Assembly (NCBI GenBank): GCA_013265495.1
Contig: MU058059.1
Coordinates: forward strand, 1,364,001-1,428,000
Origin: Vicugna vicugna
Lineage: Eukaryota
Reading direction: 5' to 3'
DNA length: 64,000 nucleotides
Part shown: positions 12,959-26,070 of the stretch, one piece after another
How the letters are laid out: the number at the start of each line of letters is the position of its first letter
Position numbering within the stretch: position 1 is the stretch's first letter
Position numbers and translations under genes: made by a program
Notes under the pieces: model-generated
Told to the model about the DNA's origin: nothing
Databases searched by the model: none
Seen by the model: the letters and a program-made list of their open reading frames with translations, nothing else

Positions 12959-14221
12959 CCCTGACTTTCCCCGCGAGGTAGCTGTTCTTTGGAACAGTTT
13001 CTTTGGAACTGCAGGTACTCTAAACGTTCACTTTGTTGGATTTTTAACAATTGTCTCAATCTCTGTTGACTCATTAGATTGTACCAGTTTGACACTGAAA
13101 TCCTAGAAGTGTTCTGATTCTTCACAGACTTCAATTTCTGCTCCATGTTCTCTACCCACATGTCTGCAAGGGTTATCCATCAATTTAGACCATGAAAATG
13201 ACTAGGAATTCTACTTCTTAGGCCCTGAAGAAGGTTTTACTTGGCCTCTTTTTAGCTTGGAAACTATATACTGAAGTTTACATTTTTAGAAAAATGACTG
13301 TATATAATTTACAAATGATCAACGTTCTAGTACAGAATGTCAGGAGATGGTTTCCTACTGCAAACCATCCACATTTTTCTCTATTTCCTTCTGGTTTTAT
13401 TTGCATACCACATGTGCAGGCGGTGCAGGTGTGTCCAAGCACAGGAGAGGGAGTCAGTCACTGTAACAGTCACTGTCGCGGGGGTGGCGTTTCACTGTCC
13501 AGGGTGACCACCTCCTGCCAGCCTCGCTCTCTAAGGCACACTCTCCTCTCTGCAGGTCCTTTCTGAACGATGCATAAACATTATTCCAGAGCCTGTTTGG
13601 GGTCGAAATCCTTTTGAGAGTCTGTTGAACATTGTGGATTCCCTGGCTGACAAATGCACGTGGGCAAATAGACACGAGTACGGCCCACACGTTCACTGAC
13701 TCCCTGCGCCCGGAAGCTGCCGTGCACCCCAGAAAATGCTTGGGCAAGTGAGCATCTCAACACACAGACAGTCCCTAACAGACACAGCCCTGCTGCTCTT
13801 TTCATTTGCTTTAAAAACGAGAGTGACTTTTGTTACTTTTCACACTTTCCTGTGGTCTCTTTCTGAAATTTTCTTTTTCCACTGATGAAAAGAGAGGGCA
13901 AGCAGAAGGCCAGCGTGGGTTCCTGGTACCCCATGGGCGCCATCGCTAATGTGATCTTTATCCGAGCCAGGGTGTCCTCGGCGGGCTGGCATACTCCGTG
14001 TCAGCCGAGGGGTGACCCTGTTAGGCTTCGGCCTGCAGAGCTAGAACAGGTCTTACTCTGAATTTTTGCTTCAGTCCAAAGAGAGGATTTGAAATTAAGG
14101 TGGTGACGAATAATTGCTCAGCATTCACCAAGTCCTCTGCAGGCCGGGGGTCTCTGTTTCCAGAGGGGAAACTTCAGTCCTACTTATGTCCGAGAGCCGT
14201 CTCTTTTCAAAACTGAATCTT
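12959..14221 (-). pseudogene. Candidate decayed or poison three-exon cassette (14057-14221, 13409-13881, 12959-13163) in an L3MBTL4 intron
   Basis: AG acceptors at all three, with clear pyrimidine tracts at the first two. Donors gtaaga, gtatgc and weak gttaat. Phases 2-2, 2-1, 1-2 fit the flanking exons. In-frame stops in the first two; the third is open. Confidence 0.35.
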
Positions 14222-16849
14222 CTAGTGAAAGAGCAAATAAATGCTGCAGTTCAATGTCACCTCTGATAGCTCGTGTCGGCCCATCGGTGAGTCAGTTTCC
14301 ACACACACACGGCATGGTCTGCGCGACCGCGGCTTCAGAAGCCTCTCGGTGGAGGTGCTCGTGGTGCAGAGGTGGCCGTGTGCACGCTCTCCGGCTGCAC
14401 GGGAGCCCTGCCCTGCCCACGTCCTCCGTTTCAGCTTTGTTCCACGTGGATACTGAGTAACCCATCTCCGAGTACGCAAAGGGTGCCCATATTTTGAAAC
14501 CTCTCACATAGATTTCTGAGTCAAATTAAGAAAAACAATTTTTTTTCTGAATCTTCAGTAGTATTTAAAATACAATAAGAATGTCAGTTACATTGAAAAT
14601 ATGGCGAGTATGTACTCGTTGTTCAGAAAGTTAACATAGTGGCTGGGATGCCACAGTGATATTTATAGGGGAAAAAAGGGTTTTTGGAGAGGAAGTCTCT
14701 TCTCAAAGGAATTCATATTTAAGTTAACAAGAAGTAATCTTTAAGACGCATGATTGATAAAACAGCTCCTCTTCAGATCTCACTGCATTTAGAAGTAATC
14801 AGGTTATGTAGCGAATTAGGGGGAGAAACTGCCCTACGATGTCTGGAGAAGCACATGGTAAAGGATGAATTTTTCCATTAGTGTTAATGAACTGTGCCTG
14901 GTTAACTCCCCAGCACAGCAGACCAACCGAGCCCAAGTCATCTTTATTTAATTCAATTTGTTTGCATACTGCATCTTTCACTCAGTGTTTCCCAAATAAG
15001 CAATTTCAGGGAAGCTAAAATTAAAGAGAAAATACTTTACGGAACTGGATATATTGATAACAAAACAAAAGAGGTGGACAGGAGTCTTTGGAGGAATAAA
15101 AATTATTCTCTTGTGTTCTGTGCATGTCTGGGTTCTATCTGATTAGAATTAAAGGCCAGCACTTTCATACACTGAAATGGGAATTGATTCCTCTGTTTTC
15201 AGAAACTGTGACAGATGAGAACAAAGGCCGAAAAAAGAAAGCACATTGAAAACAGTTCAAAAACTGCTCTACTGTATAACCACGAAGGCGGACAGAGCTC
15301 TGCTGCACTTAAAGTAAAGCTGCGACACGGATATGACGGGACGGACGTGTGGGAAAAAGCAAAAGCAAACCAAGGGGCAACAACTCGCATTCGGGAGCGC
15401 GCCCCTGCAAGGCGCTGCGAGGCTCACGTCAGCCCGGGGCAGAGGCCCTCGCAGGCTCCCCAGGTCCTCTGGTTGCTGCCTCTCCTTATCTGGTAAATAC
15501 AGACAAGGGGGATGCAAGACGATGTCCCAAGACATTCACTGACTCACCTGCTTCAAGAGCACTAAGCCGCTGCCCCCCTGCACGCCGGGCCTGGCGCAGT
15601 TTTCTGCGCCTTCTCACCGTGGGCAACTCAAACACACCTGCGGTTTACTGTCATAGTATTTCTTCCCAAACTGGATATTTGCACCCAGATAACGGTAAGT
15701 GTAAGTGATGTATGGGGGTCCCGCCCCTGGAATACATTTCATCACCTCTAATCACCACAGTGTATCAACTTGGAGGTCTAGACCAAACCCAAATGCAAAC
15801 CCCTTCCCCTCTCCTCCTCTCCCTCCTGCCCAAAGTGTCACCTGAGCACCTACCATATGCCAAGGACCATTCAAGGCACTGGAGATGCAGTGAACAGTGT
15901 GCACACGCACCCATACACCCCACCCCTCAAGATAAATCTGTATTTCCAATGAAGGCAAATAAAGGAGGGGAGAGAGGCGACACTCACGGATTTGGATGCG
16001 GCCTCACTCAGGGGACTTGAAGGAGCGAGGGACAAGCTATGCCTCCCCTCTGCCAAGAAAACACCTCCCCCACCTTCCCCACAGGTGTGCCCACTTCACA
16101 GCGGGAACACCGCTGCCTCCGGGAAGCTCTCTGTGACTGCTCCACCACAAATTAATCTCTCCCTCCCGAGGAACCCAGAGTACTTCTCTGTGCTTTCCTC
16201 AGAGACTCATCACTTCCTGCTTTTGTTCATCTATTTCATACATTTTTCCCTTATTAGACAACCAGGTCCTTGAGAGCATCCACTCCCTTTCTCACTTCTT
16301 GCGGCTGCTCTCACAGGGCCCTGGACACAGCACTATCGCAACCAGCGTTTCTGGAATAAATCATTAGCCCCCGCCACGGTCTGAATGCCGCCCCCGTCTG
16401 TGGTATTCTGCCTGATACTCCGTTAGTAACGGGAGAAGGAAAAGCCGGGCCCTGGCTTCTCTACACCAGACGTGCTGGTGACGGCCAGCGGGCAGCTCCA
16501 GCCCAGGCACCGAGGGAAAGACGACGACCAGGCTGAACAGGCTCAGACTCGAACACGAGACAAAAAGTCTGGACACTCGACCTCTAATCCGAGAGGCCAG
16601 GAAGGCTGACAGCCCGCACTGGCTGGAAAGAACTACGGTGGTGGCGGCCACGGTCACATCATCAGCCTCGCCTGTCCCCCCTCGCCCCCCACTATCACCA
16701 CCCGACTCCACGCTCTAGACGTGGGAAGTGAGAATTTGGAGCGTGCACACACGTGCACACATGTGCACATGCACCTGCTCTGCGTCTTGGCCCCCGGCCC
16801 CCTTGCTGGAACGGCCCTTCTTCCCCCTTTGCCTGAGTAACTCCCACTC

Positions 16850-17100
16850 ATCCTTCAGGACTCAGAAGGGATCTTTTCTGGGAGAGGTTTCTGAAACACT
16901 CAGACTAGATGCAGAGACCCGCATGTGACCCACACGTGACGCCCCGAAGACACCTTTCTCGTGCCATTTAGTTAGCATCACACATTCATCCCCTTCCCAA
17001 GACTGCGAGCTTCCAGAAGCAGGGACAGAACTTATTAAACCAAGCACCACGCTGGGCACACAGAGGGCGTCCAGTAGAGGCTCATCCAGTGAACAGATGA
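16850..17100 (+). mobile_element. L2 3' fragment
   Basis: actcatccttcaggactcag...agactgcgagcttccagaagcagggacag...ctgggcacacagagggcgtccagta. Confidence 0.65.
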
Positions 17101-19639
17101 AAACTGTATGAGAGAAGAAACACAAGCCACTCCGGGTGGTACCACATCAAGGTACAGCTACACCAGCGGACGCCTCCAGGACTTTCAACAAACCTGGCAC
17201 AGTTTGTTTTGTTACCAGAACAGCATTCTTCACTTCAAAGAGTCTCCCATACAAGCCAAGCCCTCCCTCCACTGGAGTGGCCTCCAGCCAGACTGGCACT
17301 GAATTTCTACCAGTTATGAACCGTACTGATGGTACAAAGTCACAGATAATGAAAGAGAAGGCCCTGGTTTCTTCTGCCACCAGCTGCTGGCTTGTTTTTT
17401 TCAGAAATGTGATAGCCAGGGATGTGGGGCTGAAATCCTCAGCACTTATGTCTGTGAACACAAATTAGGACCTGTTTGGAGCTGCTGTCAAAGGGAGCCC
17501 GGGTCTGAGGAAGGGGCAGGAGCGGGGCTGCCCGAGGGGAGCCAGGGCGTGGACCCTGTGCCTGGCCTCAGAGACCCCCCTGCTGCTCAGGCTGTGACAG
17601 CGGTCTGCTGCTCAACAAAACCAGGTTCTTAGTCCTCTCTTAAAAGATTTTTTGTGTTTGTGAATTACCAGCAAAGAATTCTTAGATGAACACGTGGGTG
17701 GCGGGGGTGAGAGGGGGGGCCGAGTGCCAGGCGTGTGTGCACACGTGCGGGTCACTGCTCAGGAAACGCTCGAGTGGGGCACCTGCTCTCCTAGTCTTCT
17801 GAACCCTTCCCCGTCTAGTCCGCAGGCCAGGCTACACAGCACAGAAGCCCGGCCGGCTACCGTCCGACAGCAGACCCCACGCCTCTTTCAGGTGTATGTG
17901 TCCCAGGCTAAATTCCGGGATAAAATCATGGTTTTCCATGAGACAGAAATCTTACAAGAAGGAGTTAAAGGCCAGCACTCGTGTCCCCACACGCCTCTCG
18001 GCCAGACCTGCCGTCTCTCAGAGGAAGTCGTTGTCCCACCCCATCCACAGTTAAGTGAAAGGAAACGAAACAGGTCGCCAGCTGGGTAAGGGACCTCAGC
18101 ACGCAAGGCAGAAAAGCAAGGTCTCCTAACTCCTAACTGAGGGAAATTTCTACACTTTACGCTGTTCTGTTTAAATCCAAGACAGAGACACTCAGAGCAG
18201 ACTAAGGCCTGGGATGAGCACCACGGGCCACGCAACTCCAGCGGGGGCGCCGAGGGGCCCGGATGCGCTGCGGACGCGAGTGAGGGCAGCCCCGGGCCCT
18301 GGCTGCGGGCTGCTGCCCCTGGAAGCGCCAGATTTCCATGAGAGGTAAGACAGACAGAGCACTTCTCTAGCGTGGGGTCATGTCCCACGGTCGCTAGGTC
18401 CACCAAACGGAGGGTCAACCTGGAGAAACTTGAGAGAACGTCAGCTGGAAGGACTTCCACAATACTTCTGAGGCGACTGTTTGCGAACTTTACTACAAGT
18501 GCACACACGCCCGCCGGGAGCACCAGGTGAAGGCACAGACCATGGCCCCAGCAGCCCCTCCACCCCTCCTCCACTGTCACAAGTCACCACTCACGGCTCA
18601 TGGGCCTCAGGGAAGATGCACTTTGGGCTGTTAAAACGGTGCTACAAACATTCTGGTACGTGTCTTTTAGTGAACTTATGCACACAGTTCTGTTGGGCAT
18701 TTAACCAGGAGTGGAGCTGCTGCATCCTGTGAAGTTAATTTTGGTATTTACAACATAATCGATGCTTATAACATTCTATAAAAGGCCCCCCAGGTCAGAG
18801 CCCTCGTAGTACCTGCAGAAGTACTTGCTCTCCTTCACACGCGCACCCTCCGCAGCCCGAGGGCAGCGCCACTGTGCCTGCCTTAGTGACCGGCGCCGTC
18901 ATTTGTAGAGACGCGGCGCCATGTTATTTACTTTGGGTTTTTGCTCTGGCACTTCTAATGTGACCCCAAACCAGCCTCAACTGCACCCCCTGTTCCTGCT
19001 GAAGTAATCTGGAAAATTCAGTAATAACAGCCTGTTCTTATGAACAGGCAGTACACCTCTCCATCTGGCTCCACAGGAAGACAGGCAAACGAGTATTAAA
19101 TCTGACATATGTGGGCACTGAACCGTAATGACAGAAACTGGAGGGCGATGTTGTGTTTGTAATTTCATCAGAATGAGAATAATGGAGACAAAGGGAAAGT
19201 TAAAATCATCATACCTAGCTGAATATTTTCATAACTAAAGGTTTTATTTCAGATTTCTGACTTGTAAGCTTCTTAATGATTTTTCACACTTTATAAGGGG
19301 CACTTCCACAGCTCTACATTCCCAAGTGGAAAGGGACATTCAGGCAGCTTCTATTCTTCTTCATTTTCCGTAACAAGTTATGAGGAACAACTACAGTTGT
19401 CTTTAAGAGTCGTGTGTGTGTGTGCTGGGACCAAGGATCAAAAGTTTATAGTTTGAAAGGAATCCTGGAAATCACTTTGCACTGCTTTGGCTCAAGTGAG
19501 AAAACATTTCTTAACAGTCTCCTTAAGCACTGATTATCCAGATGGGACGGTTCTGTGTGGAGTTTACCATCCATGTCCCTTCCTGACCTTAAATTTCCCT
19601 AACCTGCAAGTGAGAGACACGATTCCAACTACCATTTCC

Positions 19640-19860
19640 GTCCCCGTGTGGAGCGGGAGTCAGAGAGAACCAGACACAGAGTCAGAAGACACTCAGTTTA
19701 AAACCAGCCACTGCCCAGCTCTGCTCTGATGAGAAGACACTCTGCCGAAGGCTCGTTTGCATCTGCAAAACAGGGATAATAAAACTTACATCCTAGGCTG
19801 CTCTGTGTATTCAGATAATGCACCTGAGATCATCTCTGCAAGTGGTTAAAGAACTGCAAG
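19640..19860 (+). mobile_element. MIR SINE
   Basis: gagtcagaagacactcagtttaaaaccagcc...catctgcaaaacagggataataaaacttacatcctaggctg. Confidence 0.65.
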
Positions 19861-22099
19861 TACAACGTATAATCATGCCTGTTACCGCCCTGCACAACAC
19901 GCTCCTTCCAAAGGAAAAACACCAACATTCACACCTGTACCAGACTAGCTGCCCTGTCTGCACCGCGAGTCACTTCCCGAAATAAGCTGTGTTGTCAACC
20001 TCATCCTCATTTGACAAAGGCCACCGTCCCTGGCTAGGTTGTCTCCTTGGATTTCAGTCGCCACCTTTTAACAATGGTGCTTATCCAAAAATTAAGAAAA
20101 CACAATCTCCAAGCAAATGATATATTTAAGCTTAATTTATCCATAAGAAAGGAACTGCAGAGAGTGATAACTGTCCTAGACTTAGGGATGTCATCTCTCG
20201 AGAAAAAATAATGCGTTTGAATTCGCACTGCGGAGTTTTCCGTGCACTCAGATTAGCTAGGACAAATTCCACCAGAACAGCAGGAACTCCAGGAACTCCC
20301 AGCAAGCTCATCGTGGACTCGTTCTTTTCCCCTGTGCCCAGCAGACGGTGGGAAGACCTTAATCTTGATTCCTGAGGCATCTTTAGGAAAGGGATGATTC
20401 CAACCCAGTTTCATTTGTTAGCAACAGTTCTGCAGTTACGGGCCTTGCATTGGAATATAGCTCGTTGACTCAAAGATATTTACATTTTAATAAACAGCAA
20501 AGTCCAGACTCAGGTAAGTCACTTGCAGCTGGCAGACGTGTTCTCCAGGCAGCACGCTGTACATCTTAAGAGAACTGTGCCGATACGGCTGATACATATC
20601 TCTTCAAGTAAATAATATCACACATACCCAACTAACAAGGAAACGAGGAATCAGTCCAGTCAGCATGTTTCGCACATGAAAAAATTGAGGCCCAGAGATG
20701 ATGTGAATTCTCCCTTTGTCCAACCATCTGAAATTATGAGGAATATTTTAAAATTACTTTTAACTAAAGGTAGGACCGCACAGAACTGCTTTTATTTTGA
20801 GTAAATGAATAAATGGAGAAAGGATGCTCCCTGCTGCAGGGACGTCCGTGGGTTGGGATCAGCCAAGAATCCTCTGTCACCCACGTGACGCAGACCACAT
20901 ACGGGGCAGGTGGTGGTGGGGACAGTAAGACAACAGAGCTCCCAGGAGGCGAGACACAGTCACCACGTGCAAGACCTCAGTGGAGGGGCAAAGGCTCCAA
21001 CCAGCTACTCAGACACACATTCCCATGGTCTCCCCACTTCTCGGGGGGAGGATGAGGGACTGAAAGTGATGAGAGGAAAAGATAGAGATGTGCAGAGGAT
21101 GGAGAGTCATTCTGCAGAAGTTCTGGAGAGAGGAATTCCATACGACGACAAAACGTCAAAAAATACTGGGAGGAAAAATGAGCTGATATGAAGGAGGACT
21201 TTGGTCTAAAAACACTGTGAGAGTGCACAGCAGTGAAGTCAGTGAAAGGAAAGCCACACCCAGAAACACGCAGGGGACCTCACATTTCATTTATGTACGT
21301 GCAGAGATGTAAGGAACCCTATGGGAGACCCTGACAGACAGAGGGTGGGCGCCTCTGAGGGACCGCCAGTTGGGCTGGTTTAGGCTCTGCCGACATCACA
21401 GTGGAAACGAGAACATAAGAGGAAGCAGCATCAACAGAGCTCTGAGGGGGAAGGGCCTGGGCTAAAACCTCTGCCTCCTCCCGAAGGCTCCTGGGGAGAC
21501 GCGCTCCCCACAGACTGTAAATACAACACGCAGGCACCAGCGACGCACGAAAACAGCCTTGAAGAGAACTGCGCCAGAACAGGGAATAAAGCCGGTAAGT
21601 CGACAAATAGGGGGAAACTGCAGCTGGAAAGGACTAAGGCTCGCGGGAGCCAGTGAAATGTGCAGAAGGAAAGGTGCATGGTTGTTTTAAACATGACGGC
21701 TAAGTTGTCTGCCCTCTCTTCCCCCTAAAAGTTGATCTCTTTGCTTAAAAACTGGAAAGAAAGAAAAGAGCAAACGCTATAACCTCAAATTCATTCAATA
21801 CAAGTGGGCATGCTGAATTAGGGAAAGAAGAAAAGCATTTATTAGCATCCAAGCTTCACAAAAGAAAGCCAGAGATTAACTTTCTAATGACTGTGATAGT
21901 TCGGTAAGTGTAAATTTACAAATGCATCTGAAAAACTTCAGAATATCCATTAGAATAATTCAAAGCCCTCCTTCTAAACCTGAACTTACCAACAAGCTAA
22001 ATGTTCTAAAAGAGGAAGGAAGGAGGGAAGGTCCCTTCCCCTTCCCAGCCACCACCATAAAAAAGGAACAAAACATTTAAGGCAAAAACCAAGTAAGGT

Positions 22100-22660
22100 A
22101 CATGTACAATTTATCTAATAATTATGATAACAACTGCATATAGGTCTGTTACTATGAAGGAAAGATGGGTTTTCATTTTTAAGATAGCTATATGTTTTCC
22201 ACAAAAAGCACACCTAAATAAAATGACATAAAGGGCTAAAATTAATAGAATAGGCAAAGATTTTCTAAACACTTATAAAAATTCTTTTTGGCACTACTGA
22301 CACAAGACAACGCGAAGGTCAAGGAAAAATAATGGTGAAGAGTCATTTCTGACTGAAGATTCGGGACGCAGAGACATGAGGCCATGAAAGTTACACACCA
22401 AGTGCTGGCTGATTAACGCGTCTGAGGGGTTTTCAACAACGTGAGAAATGACTTCGCATTAAAATACAAATGACAAAAATTGTATATCCTGTTTAATGCT
22501 ATTCATGGAAAAATGTGTGTGTCTGAGTACATATATATGTAAAATGCATATATACACATACATGTGGGGGAAATGCCTAAAAAAACAAAACATAGTAAGG
22601 ATACAGTTTCTACAATATTGGCGATTCATGTAATTTGGAATTCTGTACTTAATGAAATCC
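22100..22660 (+). mobile_element. Ancient L1 remnants (ORF2 endonuclease start, then 3' fragment)
   Basis: agctatatgttttccacaaaaagcacacctaaataaaatgacataaagggctaaaattaatagaataggcaaagatt resembles the L1 EN region (ICCLQETHL...RLKIKGWKKI). Confidence 0.55.
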
Positions 22661-23959
22661 TTAGAATGCAAAATAATACAGCATCTTTGGAAAGCAGTGC
22701 CCCTGTAAAATTAAGTGTTCCATACACAACCTTCTTCCTTAAAGATAGAAAAAAAAGATACAATTCTCAAAGAATTATTTCCCAGTTCAGTAAAATCACA
22801 CATATCCATTAACCTTCAAGAACTTTATAGTAATGGAGAGAAGTGATTTAAAGACCCATGGCTGATCTTTTGTAACATTTTCAGTGCTTTTACTAAATTG
22901 GGCAATTAATCATGTCATTTTGAGAAATAACAAGTGTTATCTCAAGTCAGATACTCTTTTTCCTCTTACTTATTAAACTAAAAATACATCTGCAAGTCCA
23001 CTTTTAAATGTTCACCCAGTTCAATTTCACTATGTGGTAACAACATCACAGAAAATGACAGGGCGAGTGACAAAGGAATCAGATCAACGTGAACATGTGT
23101 CATTACAGTACTCTCTTGGCAGAATAAAAGTTTCAACTGAAGGTGGCAACAATTCAGAAGTATTGTGCGTATAAAATTAAAACCATGCCTTGGAGAATCC
23201 TTCTGAACACAGTATTTCGATCAGCCATTATAAACTCATAAAATTTACAAAGCCAAACGAAACAAAAAGTCACAGTAGAAAATCTTTTATTCAGTATGTG
23301 TAACAAGAGGAAGGTGCTGCTAGGATGAAGCAGAACCACGACAGAGTCAGAAATAAAGTCATACACTATTAGCTGAATTGTTCTTTGGGGGTAAACAACG
23401 TTTTAAAAATAAGCTGGAGAAAATACGACAGATTGGAAAACTGAATTTATCATTTCTCCTTGATAATCAACCTTTCCTCTCGGCAATTAAAAAAAAAACA
23501 TCATAAACGAAAGAAAGGGCACCGATGCAAAAACACCAAGCACAAGAGAAGAGATGAGAGCAGATAAGAGAAGTCTACGCAGCTTTGAGGCTGGAAAATG
23601 GGTAATCTGGGAGCCAAGAGTCTGCGGAGAGAAGATGCCATAAAAGCCCAGTGGGAAACATTTGGGAGCAAGGGCTCTGCGGGAAGGAACCTGCTAGAAG
23701 GAGAGGGCTCTGTTGCTGACGAGGGCGCCGCGGCGTGGGCCAGGTCCCCGCCGGACCACCGTCCCGAGCCCACCAGCTGGCAGCCCCCAGTTTTCTGGTG
23801 CCTGGTTCTGGAAGGCGAACTGAGAGAAAGACCGCTGTGATCTGAGAAACGCCCTTCACATGAGAAACAAACCCAAACACAAGTACCCGGGGGAAAGTGG
23901 ATGCAGGGAGCAGGCAGGCAACAGCCTCGGACACCGTCGGAGAGTCAGGAGAAGACCCG

Positions 23960-24780
23960 GAACCCACCCAGTAGGAACGGATGCCACAGAAAACAGATCA
24001 GAGAGGAAGGATAGTCTCAGAAGATGGAAAAAAATCACAGCACAACTAGAAATGTCAATCAAGGGGCTGGAAGACAACACCGAGGAGATATGCCAGAGAA
24101 GAGAACAAAAGACAAGGTGCTTAAAGACAGAAGAGAAAATGTGGGCATCCATGTCAGAAAGCAAACAGAGCAAACAGGGAAGATGGCAGACCCAAGAACT
24201 GACACAGGGACTTCGGGAAGCAGACGTCCGGAGTCTCCAGACGCCCTGTTCACGTCCCAGGTTTCAGATGGGCCTGAGTGGGACGTGCAGACCTGGCACT
24301 TACTGTGACATCCAGGGCGTTACCACACTACTCTCAGCCTCAGGTTCCTCATCTGTAAATGGGAGGTCTGTGCAACAGAAAAGGTTCAATTCCACAGTGA
24401 GATTAAAACAGGCACAAGTCTTCATGCACTTTATGATACAGTGTCCTGTTGCTGGCAGCATAACTAGAGGAAACACAGAGAGACGCAGTGACACCAGGAG
24501 ACCTTCACTCACCCATGTGAGATCTGCAGGACCTGAATAACGTGATTTCAAAAAGAAGAGGACTGACTGGAAGACATATATCAAACTGAAAAGCACTTTT
24601 CAAACTCAACTGTTAGGCCACAGACAACTTAATAACTTCTGAAAACCAAAACAGTTCAGACCCATTCTCTGATCAAATGCCCTAAGACAAGAAGCTGCAG
24701 AGGAAAAAATCCAATCACTGGAAGACGCGCAAAAATATTCACACCACACACGCCACACACACGCAGGGGCACAGACGTGA
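23960..24780 (+). mobile_element. Ancient L1 remnants (ORF1 coiled coil and ORF2 EN), interrupted by a MIR at about 24290-24410
   Basis: Translation SIKGLEDNTEEICQRREQK is ORF1p-like; gacctgaataacgtgatt...ttaggccacagacaacttaataacttc...ttctctgatcaaatgcc is EN-like; ctctcagcctcaggttcctcatctgtaaatggga is the MIR core. Confidence 0.6.
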
Positions 24781-26070
24781 AAAGAAGACACCTGAAGTAA
24801 TTCCGTCATTATTCTTGAGCTGGCTAAACAGTTCCAGATAAATCACAAACAGAGGCTGAGTTGTGCTAGAACTTTCCACGGAGCGCAACACACAACGTCT
24901 TAGATTTATCCGACTCCCTCACTCCGGCAGCAGGTGGCCCTCTTCTTTCTGTGCTCTGGCCGGTGTGCCCTGGGAATGCAGGTCCCGTGTCCCAGGCCGG
25001 AGCGCTGGGCAGGAGGCCCTGGCTCTCTGTGTGAAGGGTAATCCTCAGTTCCTAAGTAAATTACCTTTGCATGTTGCTTGGCACGGAGGGAGGTCAAGTC
25101 TTCCAGAGTCTACGTTCTGCTCATTTAGAAAAAACAACGTATCCAATCCTGGACTCTGGCTTAGAAGTAGGTTTACATCTTGCAGTGCCAATATTGTCAT
25201 CTTTAAATATTTCTGTGTTAACAAATACACCTACTTCTTTTTATTCACTATGTAAATTCATTCAAATAAAATGTAAATTGTGTGATAATTTTGTGCCCAA
25301 AGTCCTCGTGTCATACAGATAAGAACTGATGCAATTTCTTTCAAATAATGGTCTGTGCAGCTTTCTACACAAACTCTGAACAGCCTTGAGTATTATTTTT
25401 AACCCCTTGACTATTGACATGAAAACTACAATAAACCTGTCTGGAATTCATCAGAAAGGACACCAGGGGTCTACCTGATCTTTTAAAGCAATATGTTATT
25501 TTCAAACATCCTCAGCGACATCCTGATGTCACTGTGCTTGTCAGCTGTACAAAACAAGATGCCGACAGCTTATTCTAAGAATATTGTTTATTTCTTTCCA
25601 AAATATCAAGCTGTCAATATCAGAATGAGAAATCCTGACATGAAATGGTAAAAACAAATTCACGGCTTGCAGGCACTCCACTGCCAGGGAGTGTTTCACA
25701 GAAAAGCAGCTGAAACCGCCACCTTCCTTAAAAGCCGCGCTGCCCTGGCGAGCCTCCCCAAGGCTCTGGAGGTCAACTGAGTTGTTCCACACAGGCCTTC
25801 ATGAAACTGGGGGGGGGGGTCCTTGTTTTATTTTCTTCTTCTTTTTTAAAACGTTAGAACATTGGCCTAAGAATCCTCTTGACTAGAGACTGTAAAAAGC
25901 AACTTGTAGGATGATGACTCTTTGGTAAAGGCACTTATCTATGACAAGCTAAAAAAGTACTTCCATTTTAGAGTATTTAAATTCTTCAGGAAACTCAAGC
26001 TAGATATGATTATAATAGTACGTCTAGGATTCCAGGAGATTGCAGCAACATTTAAAAATTCTCGTCTCTT

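Noticed and set aside
14120..14150. PACRGLGEC as a duplicated zinc-finger start
   Set aside because: Lies in a different frame from segment A and lacks the first Cys and the His ligands.
17888..18580. 230-aa minus ORF
   Set aside because: GC-rich sequence, non-ATG start, no recognisable domain or exon boundaries.
23860..24540. 226-aa plus ORF
   Set aside because: Chance read-through of an L1 ORF1 remnant, a MIR and an L1 EN remnant; no coherent protein.
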